This document shows, piece after piece, positions 1 through 12,918 of a DNA stretch of 59,448 nt; the stretch's first letter is position 1, and each line of letters begins with the position of its first letter. Under the pieces are notes generated by a model. It was not told the origin of the DNA and ran no database searches. It saw only the letters and a program-made list of their open reading frames with translations. Source of the stretch: Candidatus Lindowbacteria bacterium RIFCSPLOWO2_12_FULL_62_27 (GTDB taxonomy: Bacteria; Lindowbacteria; 2-12-FULL-62-27). Both the position numbers and the translations under genes were made by a program. Where the stretch lies: assembly GCA_001784175.1 (NCBI GenBank), contig MFPR01000041.1, forward strand, positions 62,001 to 121,448, read 5' to 3'.

Positions 1-1
1 G

Positions 2-265
2 CGGTCCGACACGCCGGAGCAGGCGGGGCGGGCGCTGGATGCGATTTTGGCCGCCGAAGTCGACACGCCGTCCGGGTCGATCCAGTATGACGGCGCGACC
101 TTCCCGCCCGTCTCGACGGAGGACCTCGCGATGCTGGGCCTGAGGTTCTACCGGAAGGCGACCGGCCAGGCGCGGGAGCCGATGAAGGGGGACACGTCGA
201 CATGGATGGATTATTCCGAGCGTGTTCGGCGCGCCGTGATCGTGCGGAGGCGGCCATCACGGTAG
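2..265 (+). CDS. 3' end of an upstream gene, product unknown (partial)
   Basis: Frame is open from the window edge to TAG at 263-265 and is co-oriented with the next gene 16 bp downstream. No recognisable motif. Confidence 0.4.
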   Translation, partial: RSDTPEQAGRALDAILAAEVDTPSGSIQYDGATFPPVSTEDLAMLGLRFYRKATGQAREPMKGDTSTWMDYSERVRRAVIVRRRPSR

Positions 266-281
266 GCGGGGCGGTTCAACC

Positions 282-2402
282 GTGTCCATTCTGATTTTTC
301 TCTGGCACATGCACCAGCCGGAATATGCGGACCCCAACACGGGCGAATTCGTTCTTCCGTGGACCCGGCTTCACGCGGTGAAGGACTACGACGAGTTCGC
401 CGACGTTCTGGCGGACCACCCCGGTATCCGGTCGACCGTCAACCTGACGCCGGTTCTCTGCGGGCAGATCGAGTCGATCGCGGCCGGCGTGAAGGACGTG
501 TACCAGATTTTGTCCGAGAAGCCGGCCTCGTATCTGACGCAGATCGAGCGCGAGTTCATCCTGTCGAATTTTTTCAAGGCGAATTTCGAAACGATGATCC
601 GGCCCTACGAGCGGTACTCGGAACTCTATTTCGAACGAGGCCGCAACGCCACGCCCGCGCATATCCACGAGGCCGCAAAGACGTTCGGCGTCCAGAAACT
701 GCGGGACCTGCAAGTCTGGGCGAACCTGGCATGGAGCGGCGTGAGGAACCGGCAGAAAGAGCCGGTGATCCGGGAGCTGATCGCCAAGGGCCGGCATTAC
801 ACGGACGAGGAAAAAGAGACGCTCATGGACGTTCACCGGCGCATCTGCTCCGGCGTGCTGGCCAAGTACCGGCGGCTCCAGGAGGCGGGGATCATCGAAA
901 TTTCCACCACGCCCTACTATCACCCGATCCTGCCGATCCTCCTCGACATGAAAGATGCGCAGATCGCGCATCCGGGCCTGGCGCTTCCCCGTCAGACGCG
1001 GCCCTTCGCCGACGACGCGCGGTGGCAGGTCGAGTCGGCACTCGCGTACGCCGAACGGACCTTCGGCCGGCGGCCCGCGGGCATGTGGCCGTCGGAAGGA
1101 TCGGTTTCTGAAAAGACGTGTGATCTTCTGGCCTCGTGCGGTGTGCGGTGGTCGGCGACGGACGAACGGATTCTGGAAAAGAGTCTCAACGGAGCGGCGG
1201 TCTCCTCCTCGCCGCCGGCGCTCGCGCGTCCCTATGTGTTCGAAACGGCGCACGGCCCGATCCGGCTGTTTTTCCGGAACCACGATCTTTCGGATCGGAT
1301 CGGGTTCACGTACGGCGCCATGCCGGTGGAGGACGCGGTCTCCGATTTTGTCGCGCGCGTCGAGTCGGCCGGCGGCGGCGCGGGCGCGGACACGGCGGTC
1401 AGCGTGATCCTGGACGGCGAGAACGCCTGGGAATATTTCCGGGGCGGCAGTTGCCAGCCTTTTTTGAGCGCGCTATTCACCCGGCTGAAACAATCGGGCA
1501 TCGTCACCCGGACGTGCGGCGACTGCGCGTCTTCCGATCAGCCGGCGGCCGAGCCTCTGCCGCGTCTTTCGCCGGGTTCGTGGATCAACGGGAATTTCAA
1601 CATCTGGATCGGCCATCCGGAGGACAACGCCGGCTGGGACGCGGTACAGACCGTGCGAATCGCGGTCGACCGCATGCCGGCGGGCGCCGCGAGGGACCGC
1701 GCGATGAAACTTCTGAGGATCGCGGAAGGCAGCGACTGGTACTGGTGGTTCGGAGACGATCACAGTTCGGAGGACGATCCGATGTTCGACCGGCTCTTTC
1801 GGGACAACCTGATCGCCGCGTGCCGCCTGGCGGGCGCCACCGTCCCTCCGGAACTGATGGCGCCGATCAAGCGGGCGCAGATGGTAACGGAAGCCAAACC
1901 GGCGACGGAACCGTTCACGCCGGCCATCGACGGAATGATCCGTCCCTTCTACGAATGGCTCGGCGCGGGCCGCGTGGATATCAGTTACATCGCCGGCGCG
2001 ATGCACAAGGCGATTTATCATCTGGAGCGGTTCTACTGGGGATTCGACGAAACGTCGTTTTATTTTTGTCTTGAGATGACCGCCGTTCCGCCGGGCGCGG
2101 AGGTCCGCCTGTTTTTCCGGACGGACGGCGGCGAGTTCACGGCCATCCTGCCGGTTTCCGACAGCGCCGGCATCGCACGGCTCGTGTGTCCGGACGGCGA
2201 GTGCCGACTGACGAGCGCGTACCGGGAGGTTCTCGAGGTGGAGGTTCCTCTCTCGGTGCTGAAGCTGTCGCCGGGCCGGCATGCATCCCTGGCGATTTCG
2301 GTGGTGGTGGAGGAGATGGAGATCGAGCGCTGGCCCGTGGGCAAGGTTTTCGACCTGCAGGTTCCGGATCCACTCTACTTCTCGGCGCAGTGGGTCGTCT
2401 GA
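282..2402 (+). CDS. Glycoside hydrolase family 57 protein (amylopullulanase-like)
   Basis: GH57 conserved regions HMHQP, TPYYHPILP, WPSEGS (nucleophile), ILDGENAWE (acid/base) and AEGSDWYWW. Confidence 0.92.
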   Translation: MSILIFLWHMHQPEYADPNTGEFVLPWTRLHAVKDYDEFADVLADHPGIRSTVNLTPVLCGQIESIAAGVKDVYQILSEKPASYLTQIEREFILSNFFKANFETMIRPYERYSELYFERGRNATPAHIHEAAKTFGVQKLRDLQVWANLAWSGVRNRQKEPVIRELIAKGRHYTDEEKETLMDVHRRICSGVLAKYRRLQEAGIIEISTTPYYHPILPILLDMKDAQIAHPGLALPRQTRPFADDARWQVESALAYAERTFGRRPAGMWPSEGSVSEKTCDLLASCGVRWSATDERILEKSLNGAAVSSSPPALARPYVFETAHGPIRLFFRNHDLSDRIGFTYGAMPVEDAVSDFVARVESAGGGAGADTAVSVILDGENAWEYFRGGSCQPFLSALFTRLKQSGIVTRTCGDCASSDQPAAEPLPRLSPGSWINGNFNIWIGHPEDNAGWDAVQTVRIAVDRMPAGAARDRAMKLLRIAEGSDWYWWFGDDHSSEDDPMFDRLFRDNLIAACRLAGATVPPELMAPIKRAQMVTEAKPATEPFTPAIDGMIRPFYEWLGAGRVDISYIAGAMHKAIYHLERFYWGFDETSFYFCLEMTAVPPGAEVRLFFRTDGGEFTAILPVSDSAGIARLVCPDGECRLTSAYREVLEVEVPLSVLKLSPGRHASLAISVVVEEMEIERWPVGKVFDLQVPDPLYFSAQWVV

Positions 2403-4381
2403 TGCCGCCGCTGTCCGTGATTTTTGGTCTCCACGCCCACGAACCTGTCGGCCAGAGCGTTTCGCAGGTGGACCGGACGGTGGACGGCGATATCCTGCCG
2501 TTTCTGGAGGCGGTTTCGGCGATCCCCGCGTTCAAGTGCGCCGCCCATCTGTCCGGATCGCTCTTGCGGCTCATCGAAGGCCGTCGCGCCGATGTGATGG
2601 ATATGCTCAAGCGCCTGATCGGCCGCGGCCAGTTGGAACTTCTGGGCGGCGGTTTTTATGAGCCGATTCTAACGACCCTCACCGTCGCCGATCAGACCGG
2701 CCAGATCCGCCGCTTCGGCGATTATCTTCAGCGCCAGTTCGGCGTCCGGCCCGCCGGCGGCTGGCTGCCGGAGCAGGTGTGGGAGCCGCATCTGTGCAAG
2801 CCGCTGCAGGAGGCCGGCGTGAAGTTCGTGCTGATGGACGACCCGCATTTTGCGGCGGCGGGCGTGCCGGCGGATGAGGTCCACGGCCTTTTCGTGACGG
2901 AGGAATCGGGCCACCGGCTCGGCGTCTTTCCGATTGACTCCGGCCTCAAAAATCTCATTCCCGATAAATCGCCGAAAGAGACGATCAATTACCTTGAGAA
3001 CCTCTCCGAAGAGCATCCCGGCACGGTCGTGGCATTCATGGGGGATGGCGCGGTCGCCGCGCGGCTCATCCCCGCGCTGGCGCGCGAAAAATTCCTGGCG
3101 CCCGTCACTCCGACTGAGTGGGCGGCCGGCCACGCGCCGCGCCGGCTCCTCTACGTGCCCAGCGCCTCCTCGGCGGAAATGTCCGAATGGATCCTCCCGC
3201 CCGGCCTGGAGGACGAATACGCCGGATTCAAATCCCAGGTTGTCCGGCACACGCGCGCGTCGGCCCAGCGGCTTTTTTTGCGCGGGGGTTTCTGGCGCGC
3301 CTTTCTGACCAAGTACGCCGAATCGAACTGGATGCAGAAACGCGTCTTCGCCGCCGCCACGAAAATGGGCCCGGTCCTCGAAAAACTTGGCGCCGACCGG
3401 GAGGCGCGCGCGATCCGGGACTTGTTGGACCGCGCCGCCTGTCACGACGCGTACTGGCACGGCGCGGGCGCGGGCCGCGGGAACGGCCCGGCGGGCGGAT
3501 TCTACGCGCCGCCGATCCGCGCGGCGGTCTGGCGGAATTTGCTGGAGGCGGAAACGCGGTTTTCAAAAAAGATGGGCCTGTTTCCCGCCTGTTTCTCCGA
3601 CGACATCGACTGCGACGGCGAGCCGGAATGGATGGTCTACACCGAATCCTGGGTCATTGGCTTCAAGCCGCGTCTCGGCGGCGGGATGATCGAATGGTCC
3701 TACCGGCCGGCCTTGCACAACTTTCAGAACACGGTCACGCGACGGCCCGAGCGGGACCACGCGCAACTTGAGCGGCATCCGCGCCTCGTGTACGACCGGT
3801 ATCGAAAAGCGAGCGGCCTGGTGTACGCGCTGGACAGCGGCGTGCGGTTCGAGCAGTTCGCCCGGCAGGACCTGCCCGAGCAGGCGCCGGCGGTGGGAGA
3901 GACCCAGGCGAAGGCGGAAGAAAAAGCCGAGTCGTTCTCGCTGAAATTCCGCCGGGAGGCCGGTCCGTTTGTGTTTGAAAAACATGTTGTGATTTCCAAG
4001 CATGAAAGTAAACTCTCGTTGCAGGTGTCTGTCTGCGCGTCGCCGGGCTCGGCGCCTTGGCGGCTGGGGCTCGGCTTCGAACTTTTTTACGCCCGCTTGG
4101 AGGACCTGGTCGTTGAGGGGTCGCTTCTGGAAGGGTCGGCCAGGAGCCGGAGCGTGTCGGTGACGGACCGCGGCGGGGGCACAACGGTCGTGATGAAATT
4201 CGACCGGGAAGTGGAAGTGTGGCTGGCGCCGGTCTGGACGATTTCAAAATCCATGGACGGCGTCCAGGAGACCTTTCAGGGAATTTCCGTGCTTTTCCTG
4301 GGAGACGACGCCGGGGCCGGCGTGAAACAGGAGTTGACCATGAACGTGGAGGTGAAATCCATTGCCGGAACTCAGGCGTGA
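2402..4381 (+). CDS. GH57 alpha-amylase/4-alpha-glucanotransferase-like protein (DUF1925/DUF1926 type)
   Basis: ATG at 2402 overlaps the upstream TGA. Motifs HAHEP, GGGFYEPIL, WLPEQVWEP, FLTKYAESNWM, HDAYWHG, DIDCDGEPE. Confidence 0.88.
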   Translation: MPPLSVIFGLHAHEPVGQSVSQVDRTVDGDILPFLEAVSAIPAFKCAAHLSGSLLRLIEGRRADVMDMLKRLIGRGQLELLGGGFYEPILTTLTVADQTGQIRRFGDYLQRQFGVRPAGGWLPEQVWEPHLCKPLQEAGVKFVLMDDPHFAAAGVPADEVHGLFVTEESGHRLGVFPIDSGLKNLIPDKSPKETINYLENLSEEHPGTVVAFMGDGAVAARLIPALAREKFLAPVTPTEWAAGHAPRRLLYVPSASSAEMSEWILPPGLEDEYAGFKSQVVRHTRASAQRLFLRGGFWRAFLTKYAESNWMQKRVFAAATKMGPVLEKLGADREARAIRDLLDRAACHDAYWHGAGAGRGNGPAGGFYAPPIRAAVWRNLLEAETRFSKKMGLFPACFSDDIDCDGEPEWMVYTESWVIGFKPRLGGGMIEWSYRPALHNFQNTVTRRPERDHAQLERHPRLVYDRYRKASGLVYALDSGVRFEQFARQDLPEQAPAVGETQAKAEEKAESFSLKFRREAGPFVFEKHVVISKHESKLSLQVSVCASPGSAPWRLGLGFELFYARLEDLVVEGSLLEGSARSRSVSVTDRGGGTTVVMKFDREVEVWLAPVWTISKSMDGVQETFQGISVLFLGDDAGAGVKQELTMNVEVKSIAGTQA

Positions 4382-5396
4382 CCCGCTGTCGCACCGGTGG
4401 GTGATCATTGCAACCGAGCGGGCGATGCGCCCGAGCGATTTCAAGGTGGAAAATCCGAAACCGGCTGCGAGCATCTGCCCGTTCTGTCCGGGAAACGAGC
4501 ACCTGACGCCGCCGGAAATCACGGCGGTCCGGCCGTCCGGCTCGGCCGCCAACAAATCCGGCTGGTCGCTCCGTGTCATTCCCAACAAATTCCCGGCCCT
4601 CCGCATCGAGGGCGAGCTTGGCCGCAAGGGATACGGGATGTACGACAAGATGAACGGGATCGGCGCGCATGAGGTGATCATCGAAACGGCGGACCACAGA
4701 CTCGACCTGCCGGATTATCCGCAGTCCCAGATGGAAATGGTCCTCCGGTCCTACCGGGACAGAATATCCGATTTGAAAAAGGACCCGCGGTTCAAATACA
4801 TGCTCGTCTTCAAAAACAGCGGCATCCACGCCGGCGCCAGCCTCGACCATCCCCATTCCCAGCTCATCGCCGTCCCCGTTACGCCCAAACGCGTGTCGGA
4901 GGAACTCTTCTATTGCCGGGACTATTACGAATACAAGGAGCGGTGCCTCCTGTGCGACATCATCTCCCAGGAACAGCTCCTGGAAGAACGGCTGGTCGTG
5001 GCCGAGGAGAACATGATCGCGTACGTGCCGTACGCCCCGCGGTTTCCCTTCGAAGTCCACGTGTTGCCGCGCCGGCACATGCACGACTACTGCGGCGTGT
5101 CCGACCGCGAGATCGGGTCGCTGGCGTACGTATTGAAGACGGTCCTCAAGAAGATCCGGCAGGCGCTCGGCGATCCCGCGTACAATTACATCATCCACAC
5201 CTCGCCTGTCACCCTGCCCCGGCCCGGCCATCCCGAGATGTGGGGCACCATCGAACTCGATTATCACTGGCACATCGAGATCATTCCGAGACTTACCCGG
5301 GTCGCGGGATTCGAGTGGGGCACCGGCTTTTACATCAACCCGGTCGCGCCGGAGAATGCCGCGAAGTTTTTGCGTGAAGAGAATGTGGATGCTTGA
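4362..5396 (+). CDS. galT: GalT-family hexose-1-phosphate nucleotidylyltransferase
   Basis: MPELRRDP start (TTG), CPFCPGNE, NKFPAL, GASLDHPHSQ active site, AGFEWGTG. Confidence 0.93.
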   Translation: MPELRRDPLSHRWVIIATERAMRPSDFKVENPKPAASICPFCPGNEHLTPPEITAVRPSGSAANKSGWSLRVIPNKFPALRIEGELGRKGYGMYDKMNGIGAHEVIIETADHRLDLPDYPQSQMEMVLRSYRDRISDLKKDPRFKYMLVFKNSGIHAGASLDHPHSQLIAVPVTPKRVSEELFYCRDYYEYKERCLLCDIISQEQLLEERLVVAEENMIAYVPYAPRFPFEVHVLPRRHMHDYCGVSDREIGSLAYVLKTVLKKIRQALGDPAYNYIIHTSPVTLPRPGHPEMWGTIELDYHWHIEIIPRLTRVAGFEWGTGFYINPVAPENAAKFLREENVDA

Positions 5397-5399
5397 GGC

Positions 5400-6884
5400 A
5401 TGAAAATCGCGTTCTTCTCCTCCGAGGTCGCGCCGTTTTCCAAAACCGGGGGGCTCGCCGATGTTTCCGGGACGCTCCCGCAGATTCTTGCGGCCGAGGG
5501 ACACGAGGTGGTCGTGGTGACGCCGCTGTACGCCTGCGTCGACCGGACGCGCCACGGGCTTCGCCACACCTCCGGGCGCGGCGAAGCGCCGGGTCTGGGC
5601 GGGGCGGAGATCTGGGAAGGCACGCTGGGCGCGGGTGGGCGCAGCACGGCCCGGGTGCTGTTTCTCAGCGCCGCCGCGTTCGACCGCGCGAACCTGTACC
5701 AGGAAACGGGGCGGGATTATCCGGACAACGATGTGCGGTTTTCCTATTTTTCCCGCGCGGCGCTCCTCCTGCTGAAGCATGTGTCCTTCGCGCCGGACGT
5801 CATTCATGCGAACGACTGGCAGACGGCGCTCGTGCCCGTTTACCTGAAAACGCACTTTTTGTCGGACGAATTCTTCTCCCGGTGCGGCACGGTCCTCTCG
5901 ATCCACAATCTGGCGTATCAGGGCGTGTTCGAAGCCGACCGGTGGCGTGCGCTGGGACTGCCGGACCGGCTGTTTCGAATGGAGGCGTTGGAATTTTACG
6001 GCAAGATCAATTTGCTGAAAGGCGGGCTCGTTTTTTCCGACATTCTGTCGACCGTGAGTCCGCGCTATGCGCGGGAAATCCAGACGCAATCGAACGGCGC
6101 CGGCCTCGACGGCGTGCTCCAGTCTCGTGCCGGCACGCTGGTCGGGATCCTGAACGGCATCGAGTATGCGGACTGGGACCCTTCGCGGGACGACAATCCG
6201 TTTCCGCCGTATGGACCGGAACGGATGGCGGGCAAATCGACCGCCAAAAAGATTCTGCTGGAACAGTTTGGCCTGGACAGCGGCGCCGGCGGAGGCGACC
6301 CGGCGCCGGCGTTGCTCGGAAGCGTCACGCGGCTCGACCCTCAAAAAGGCTGTGATATTCTGCTCCGGGGGCTGTTCCATATCCTGCCGAGAACCAACGC
6401 CCGGTTCGTGATGCTCGGAAGCGGCGCGCGGGACCTGGAGGCGGCGTTTGCGAACCTGGCGCGCCAGTTTCCGGGCCGGGTCGGGGTGGCGCTGAAGTTC
6501 GACCCGAAACTGGCGAAACTGGTCTATGCTGGCAGCGATCTTTTTCTGATGCCGTCGAAATACGAGCCCTGCGGCCTCGGCCAGATGATCGCCATGGCCT
6601 ATGGCACCGTTCCCGTGGTCCGCCTGACGGGGGGGTTGGCGGACACCGTCCGGCCCTATGACGAAAATTCCGGGAAAGGAAACGGATTCGGATTTGAGAG
6701 TTACACGGCGGAGGCCCTGAGCCGCACCGTCCAGAGAGCGCTGCATATCTATCGGCAGAAATCTTTGTTTTCCGCATTACAACAGAACGCCTTGCGGGAG
6801 CGGTTCACGTGGGGACAGGCCGCACGGTCGTATCTCGACGTGTATTCCCGCGCGATTCGGATTCGCGCGAAAGGAGGGGAGTAA
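5400..6884 (+). CDS. glgA: Glycogen synthase (GT5)
   Basis: KTGGLADV, HANDWQT, IHNLAYQG, PSKYEPCGL, TGGLADTV. Confidence 0.95.
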   Translation: MKIAFFSSEVAPFSKTGGLADVSGTLPQILAAEGHEVVVVTPLYACVDRTRHGLRHTSGRGEAPGLGGAEIWEGTLGAGGRSTARVLFLSAAAFDRANLYQETGRDYPDNDVRFSYFSRAALLLLKHVSFAPDVIHANDWQTALVPVYLKTHFLSDEFFSRCGTVLSIHNLAYQGVFEADRWRALGLPDRLFRMEALEFYGKINLLKGGLVFSDILSTVSPRYAREIQTQSNGAGLDGVLQSRAGTLVGILNGIEYADWDPSRDDNPFPPYGPERMAGKSTAKKILLEQFGLDSGAGGGDPAPALLGSVTRLDPQKGCDILLRGLFHILPRTNARFVMLGSGARDLEAAFANLARQFPGRVGVALKFDPKLAKLVYAGSDLFLMPSKYEPCGLGQMIAMAYGTVPVVRLTGGLADTVRPYDENSGKGNGFGFESYTAEALSRTVQRALHIYRQKSLFSALQQNALRERFTWGQAARSYLDVYSRAIRIRAKGGE

Positions 6885-6887
6885 GCG

Positions 6888-7133
6888 ATGGCTGTCAAAA
6901 TGGCTGAAAAGGCCGAGCCGGTATCCCTGGTTTATGAAATCGGGGAAAGCGCCGGCAAGGTGTACCAGTATTTGTCGAAGAAGGAAGAGGGCGACACGCC
7001 CGCGCAGATCGCGAAAGCGACTGGACTTGAGTCGACCATGAGCGCCATGGCCGTGGGCTGGCTGTCCCGCGAGAACAACGTCAGCGTGGAGCGGGCCGGC
7101 AGGAAAATTCAGGTGCGGTTGATCGGCCGCTGA
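6888..7133 (+). CDS. Small winged-helix protein (DUF2582-like)
   Basis: IGESAGKVYQYL...AVGWLSREN signature; GGAGG-type RBS upstream. Confidence 0.8.
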   Translation: MAVKMAEKAEPVSLVYEIGESAGKVYQYLSKKEEGDTPAQIAKATGLESTMSAMAVGWLSRENNVSVERAGRKIQVRLIGR

Positions 7134-7158
7134 ACGGCGGCGCACAGGTGGTGAAGGA

Positions 7159-7899
7159 TTGAAGAAAATCTGGATCATTCTCCTCATCGTGGCGGGCGTG
7201 GCGATCGGTGTCGCATCGGTGGGGTACTTTTTTTTCTGGGAGGACCTGCGGCTCCTGTTCGGCGCGGCGCCCAGAGGCGGGGAAAAAGTCTCCGGTGGCG
7301 GGAAGGTGGACCTGGTCGCCGAATTTGTCGCGATCGAGTCCGGTTCCAAATCTCCGTCCACTCCGGCCGCGGGACCGGCCCCCTCGGCGCCGGCGGACGC
7401 GGGGCCCGAGGGGGATGGTCTGGATCTCGGCGGGGAAGGCGCGGGGGAAGAGGCGGCGGAGGAGCCAGAGGAGCCGGAGGAGAAACCAAAACCGCCCGAG
7501 CCCAAACCGGAGCCGGTCCCGACGATCGAGCGAAAACCGGCCGGGACCGCGTTGGAAAAACCGTCGCCGGCCAAGCCCAGGGTCCCGGCACCGCCCGGGT
7601 CAGCGCCCCCGGCGCCCCAAGTGCCGGCGTCTCCGACGCCGGCCTCCGCGTCCGTCGCCGTCCAGAAGAAAGCGCAGGGACTGATCCAGCGCCGCAAGTA
7701 CGCCGAGGCCGAGGTGGTTCTCAAACAGTACCTGGCCGCCAACCCTCAGGACGGGGATGTCCACTTCATGATGGGATTTCTGCTCATTCAGCAAAACCGC
7801 AAGGGCCAGGCGGTCTCACATTTTCAATTCGCGTTCCAAGCCGCCCGGGATCCCCAGATCCGCCAGTTGTCGGAACAATATCTTAAAAAGTTGCGCTGA
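7159..7899 (+). CDS. Membrane-anchored Pro/Glu-rich protein with C-terminal TPR
   Basis: N-terminal hydrophobic helix, low-complexity Pro-rich linker, TPR-like helices (YAEAEVVLKQYLAANPQDGDVHFMMG). Confidence 0.75.
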   Translation: MKKIWIILLIVAGVAIGVASVGYFFFWEDLRLLFGAAPRGGEKVSGGGKVDLVAEFVAIESGSKSPSTPAAGPAPSAPADAGPEGDGLDLGGEGAGEEAAEEPEEPEEKPKPPEPKPEPVPTIERKPAGTALEKPSPAKPRVPAPPGSAPPAPQVPASPTPASASVAVQKKAQGLIQRRKYAEAEVVLKQYLAANPQDGDVHFMMGFLLIQQNRKGQAVSHFQFAFQAARDPQIRQLSEQYLKKLR

Positions 7900-7907
7900 T
7901 ATTTTTT

Positions 7908-8630
7908 TTGGCCCACCTCGAACTTCGCAACCTGACAAAACGATTCAACCGTCTCACGGCGGTGGACCGGCTGAACCTCGCCGTGAATCGCGGAGAGGTG
8001 TACGCGCTGCTCGGCCCGAACGGCGCCGGCAAGACGACGACGCTGCGGATGATCGCCGGCCTCACGCCGCCGACCTCGGGGGACATCCTCGTCGACGGCA
8101 GGAACCTGCGGGACCATCCAACGGAAATCAAATCCGATTTCTTCTTCATTCCCGACCGCCCCTATCTCTACGACAAACTGACGGGCCGGGAGTATCTGGA
8201 ATTTCTGATCAATATTTACGGGCGCGGGCGGATCGACGCCGTGGCCGGCCTCTTTCGGGAGTTCGAAATCGATGCCCGGCTCGATCACCTGGTCGAATCC
8301 TACTCCCACGGCATGCGCCAGAAACTCCTGCTCTCCGCGGCCTTCATGCTCGACCCCGCGATGCTGATCATCGATGAGCCGCTGGTGGGCCTCGACCCGA
8401 AAAGCATGGTGGTCCTGCGGCGGAAAATCGCCAACTTCGCGGGGGACAACCGCGTCGCCTTCATCTCAACCCATCAGCTCTCCATGGCCGAATCGGTTGC
8501 GACCCGCATCGGCATCCTCCACCACGGCCGGCTCCTCGCGGAAGGCTCCGTGCCGGAAATCCGGGACCGCGCCCGGTCCGGAACGCTGGAGGAGGCGTTT
8601 TTGAGTTTGACGGAAGAAATTTCAGACTAA
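7908..8630 (+). CDS. ABC transporter ATP-binding protein
   Basis: Walker A GPNGAGKTT, signature YSHGMRQK, Walker B LIIDEP, H-loop ISTH. Confidence 0.93.
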   Translation: MAHLELRNLTKRFNRLTAVDRLNLAVNRGEVYALLGPNGAGKTTTLRMIAGLTPPTSGDILVDGRNLRDHPTEIKSDFFFIPDRPYLYDKLTGREYLEFLINIYGRGRIDAVAGLFREFEIDARLDHLVESYSHGMRQKLLLSAAFMLDPAMLIIDEPLVGLDPKSMVVLRRKIANFAGDNRVAFISTHQLSMAESVATRIGILHHGRLLAEGSVPEIRDRARSGTLEEAFLSLTEEISD

Positions 8631-9794
8631 AACGATCTTCGTCAGTTCCGCTGGCGCGCCGATGCGCAGCGGCGGGCCCCAGGTGCCGGCGCCGCGGCTG
8701 ACATAAATCTGCGTGTGGCCGTGCCGGTGCAGGCCGCTCAGATAGGGTTGCGCCGCCATCACCAGTGCGCCGAATGGCCATATCTGCCCGCCATGGGTGT
8801 GTCCGGAAAGCTGCAAATCAATTCCCGCTTCTGCGGCGTCCCAGACCTCGCGCGGCTGATGCGCGAGAAGGATGGCCGGCGCGTCCGCCGGGCGCGCCGC
8901 GAGGGCGCGGCGCACATCCGGCGCGTTTGCCGGCGTTGTCGCAAACTGCCGCAGGCCCGCCCGGTCCGGAATACCGGCCAAGTACACGGCCGACGCCACC
9001 ATGAAACCCGAATTGTTCAGGATCGTCATGCCGAGTTTCCGGATGGCCTCGAGCCACACCTGCGTGTCGACGTAATATTCGTGATTGCCTGTCACAAAGA
9101 AAACGCCGTGCGTTGCGGTGAGATTCCGAAGCGGCGCCACCGTCCGGCCGATTTCGCCGGGATTGCCGTCCACAAGATCCCCCGTCACGACGATGAGATC
9201 CGGCCGGAGGGCGTTGACGCGTTCGACCACGCGCCGGACGAAGCTTTCCGGAGTCCATGGCGCAATGTGGAGGTCGGTCAATTGCACGATCGTGAATCCC
9301 TGCGCTCCGGCCGGCAGCCGGTCGAGTTTGACGGGCACTTCCAGAAGTTCCGGGTCCTCGAAGGCGCTGTAGACGCCGTGCAGAACGCCGCCGGCGCCGA
9401 TCGTGAGCGTTCCCGTTGCGAGCGTCCGCGAGAGAAACTGCCGGCGGGCCGGATCGAATACCGGCTGGCGGGTGATCCAGGATTTGATTCGAAGTCCAAC
9501 CCAGATCAAGCCGCCCGTCGCTCTCAGGCAGACGAGGAAAAACAGGATTCCCATCCAGGAAATCAGCAACAAATAGGCCATCCGATTCAGCGGTTCCGGC
9601 AACAGGCGGCGCAGAAAGAAACTCATCGGGACCAGCGCCGTCAATCCCGCCAGCGCCCAGCCGAGCCGCTGAATCCATCGCGGCGGGAGACGGACATCCC
9701 GGACAAACCGCATCCAGAAATAGCCGTGCATCACGGCTGAGGCCGCCGTGAGCAGTCCCAGCCACATGACCCACAACAGCCAGGGCCGGTTCAC
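8622..9794 (-). CDS. Membrane-bound metallophosphoesterase (YkuE-like)
   Basis: Three N-terminal TM helices; DLH, GDLVD, GNHE, AHQP, SGHTHGGQ motifs. Confidence 0.92.
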   Translation of the reverse strand: MNRPWLLWVMWLGLLTAASAVMHGYFWMRFVRDVRLPPRWIQRLGWALAGLTALVPMSFFLRRLLPEPLNRMAYLLLISWMGILFFLVCLRATGGLIWVGLRIKSWITRQPVFDPARRQFLSRTLATGTLTIGAGGVLHGVYSAFEDPELLEVPVKLDRLPAGAQGFTIVQLTDLHIAPWTPESFVRRVVERVNALRPDLIVVTGDLVDGNPGEIGRTVAPLRNLTATHGVFFVTGNHEYYVDTQVWLEAIRKLGMTILNNSGFMVASAVYLAGIPDRAGLRQFATTPANAPDVRRALAARPADAPAILLAHQPREVWDAAEAGIDLQLSGHTHGGQIWPFGALVMAAQPYLSGLHRHGHTQIYVSRGAGTWGPPLRIGAPAELTKIVLV

Positions 9795-9810
9795 TGCGCG
9801 CCGCCGCCGG

Positions 9811-12917
<3,107 letters not shown>

Positions 12918-12918
<1 letters not shown>

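Noticed and set aside
2186..2401. Upstream extensions of ORFs 2186-4381, 25361-28162, 28514-29890 and 45088-46086
   Set aside because: Each overlaps the previous gene. Coupled starts at 2402, 25403, 28670 and 45328 fit better.
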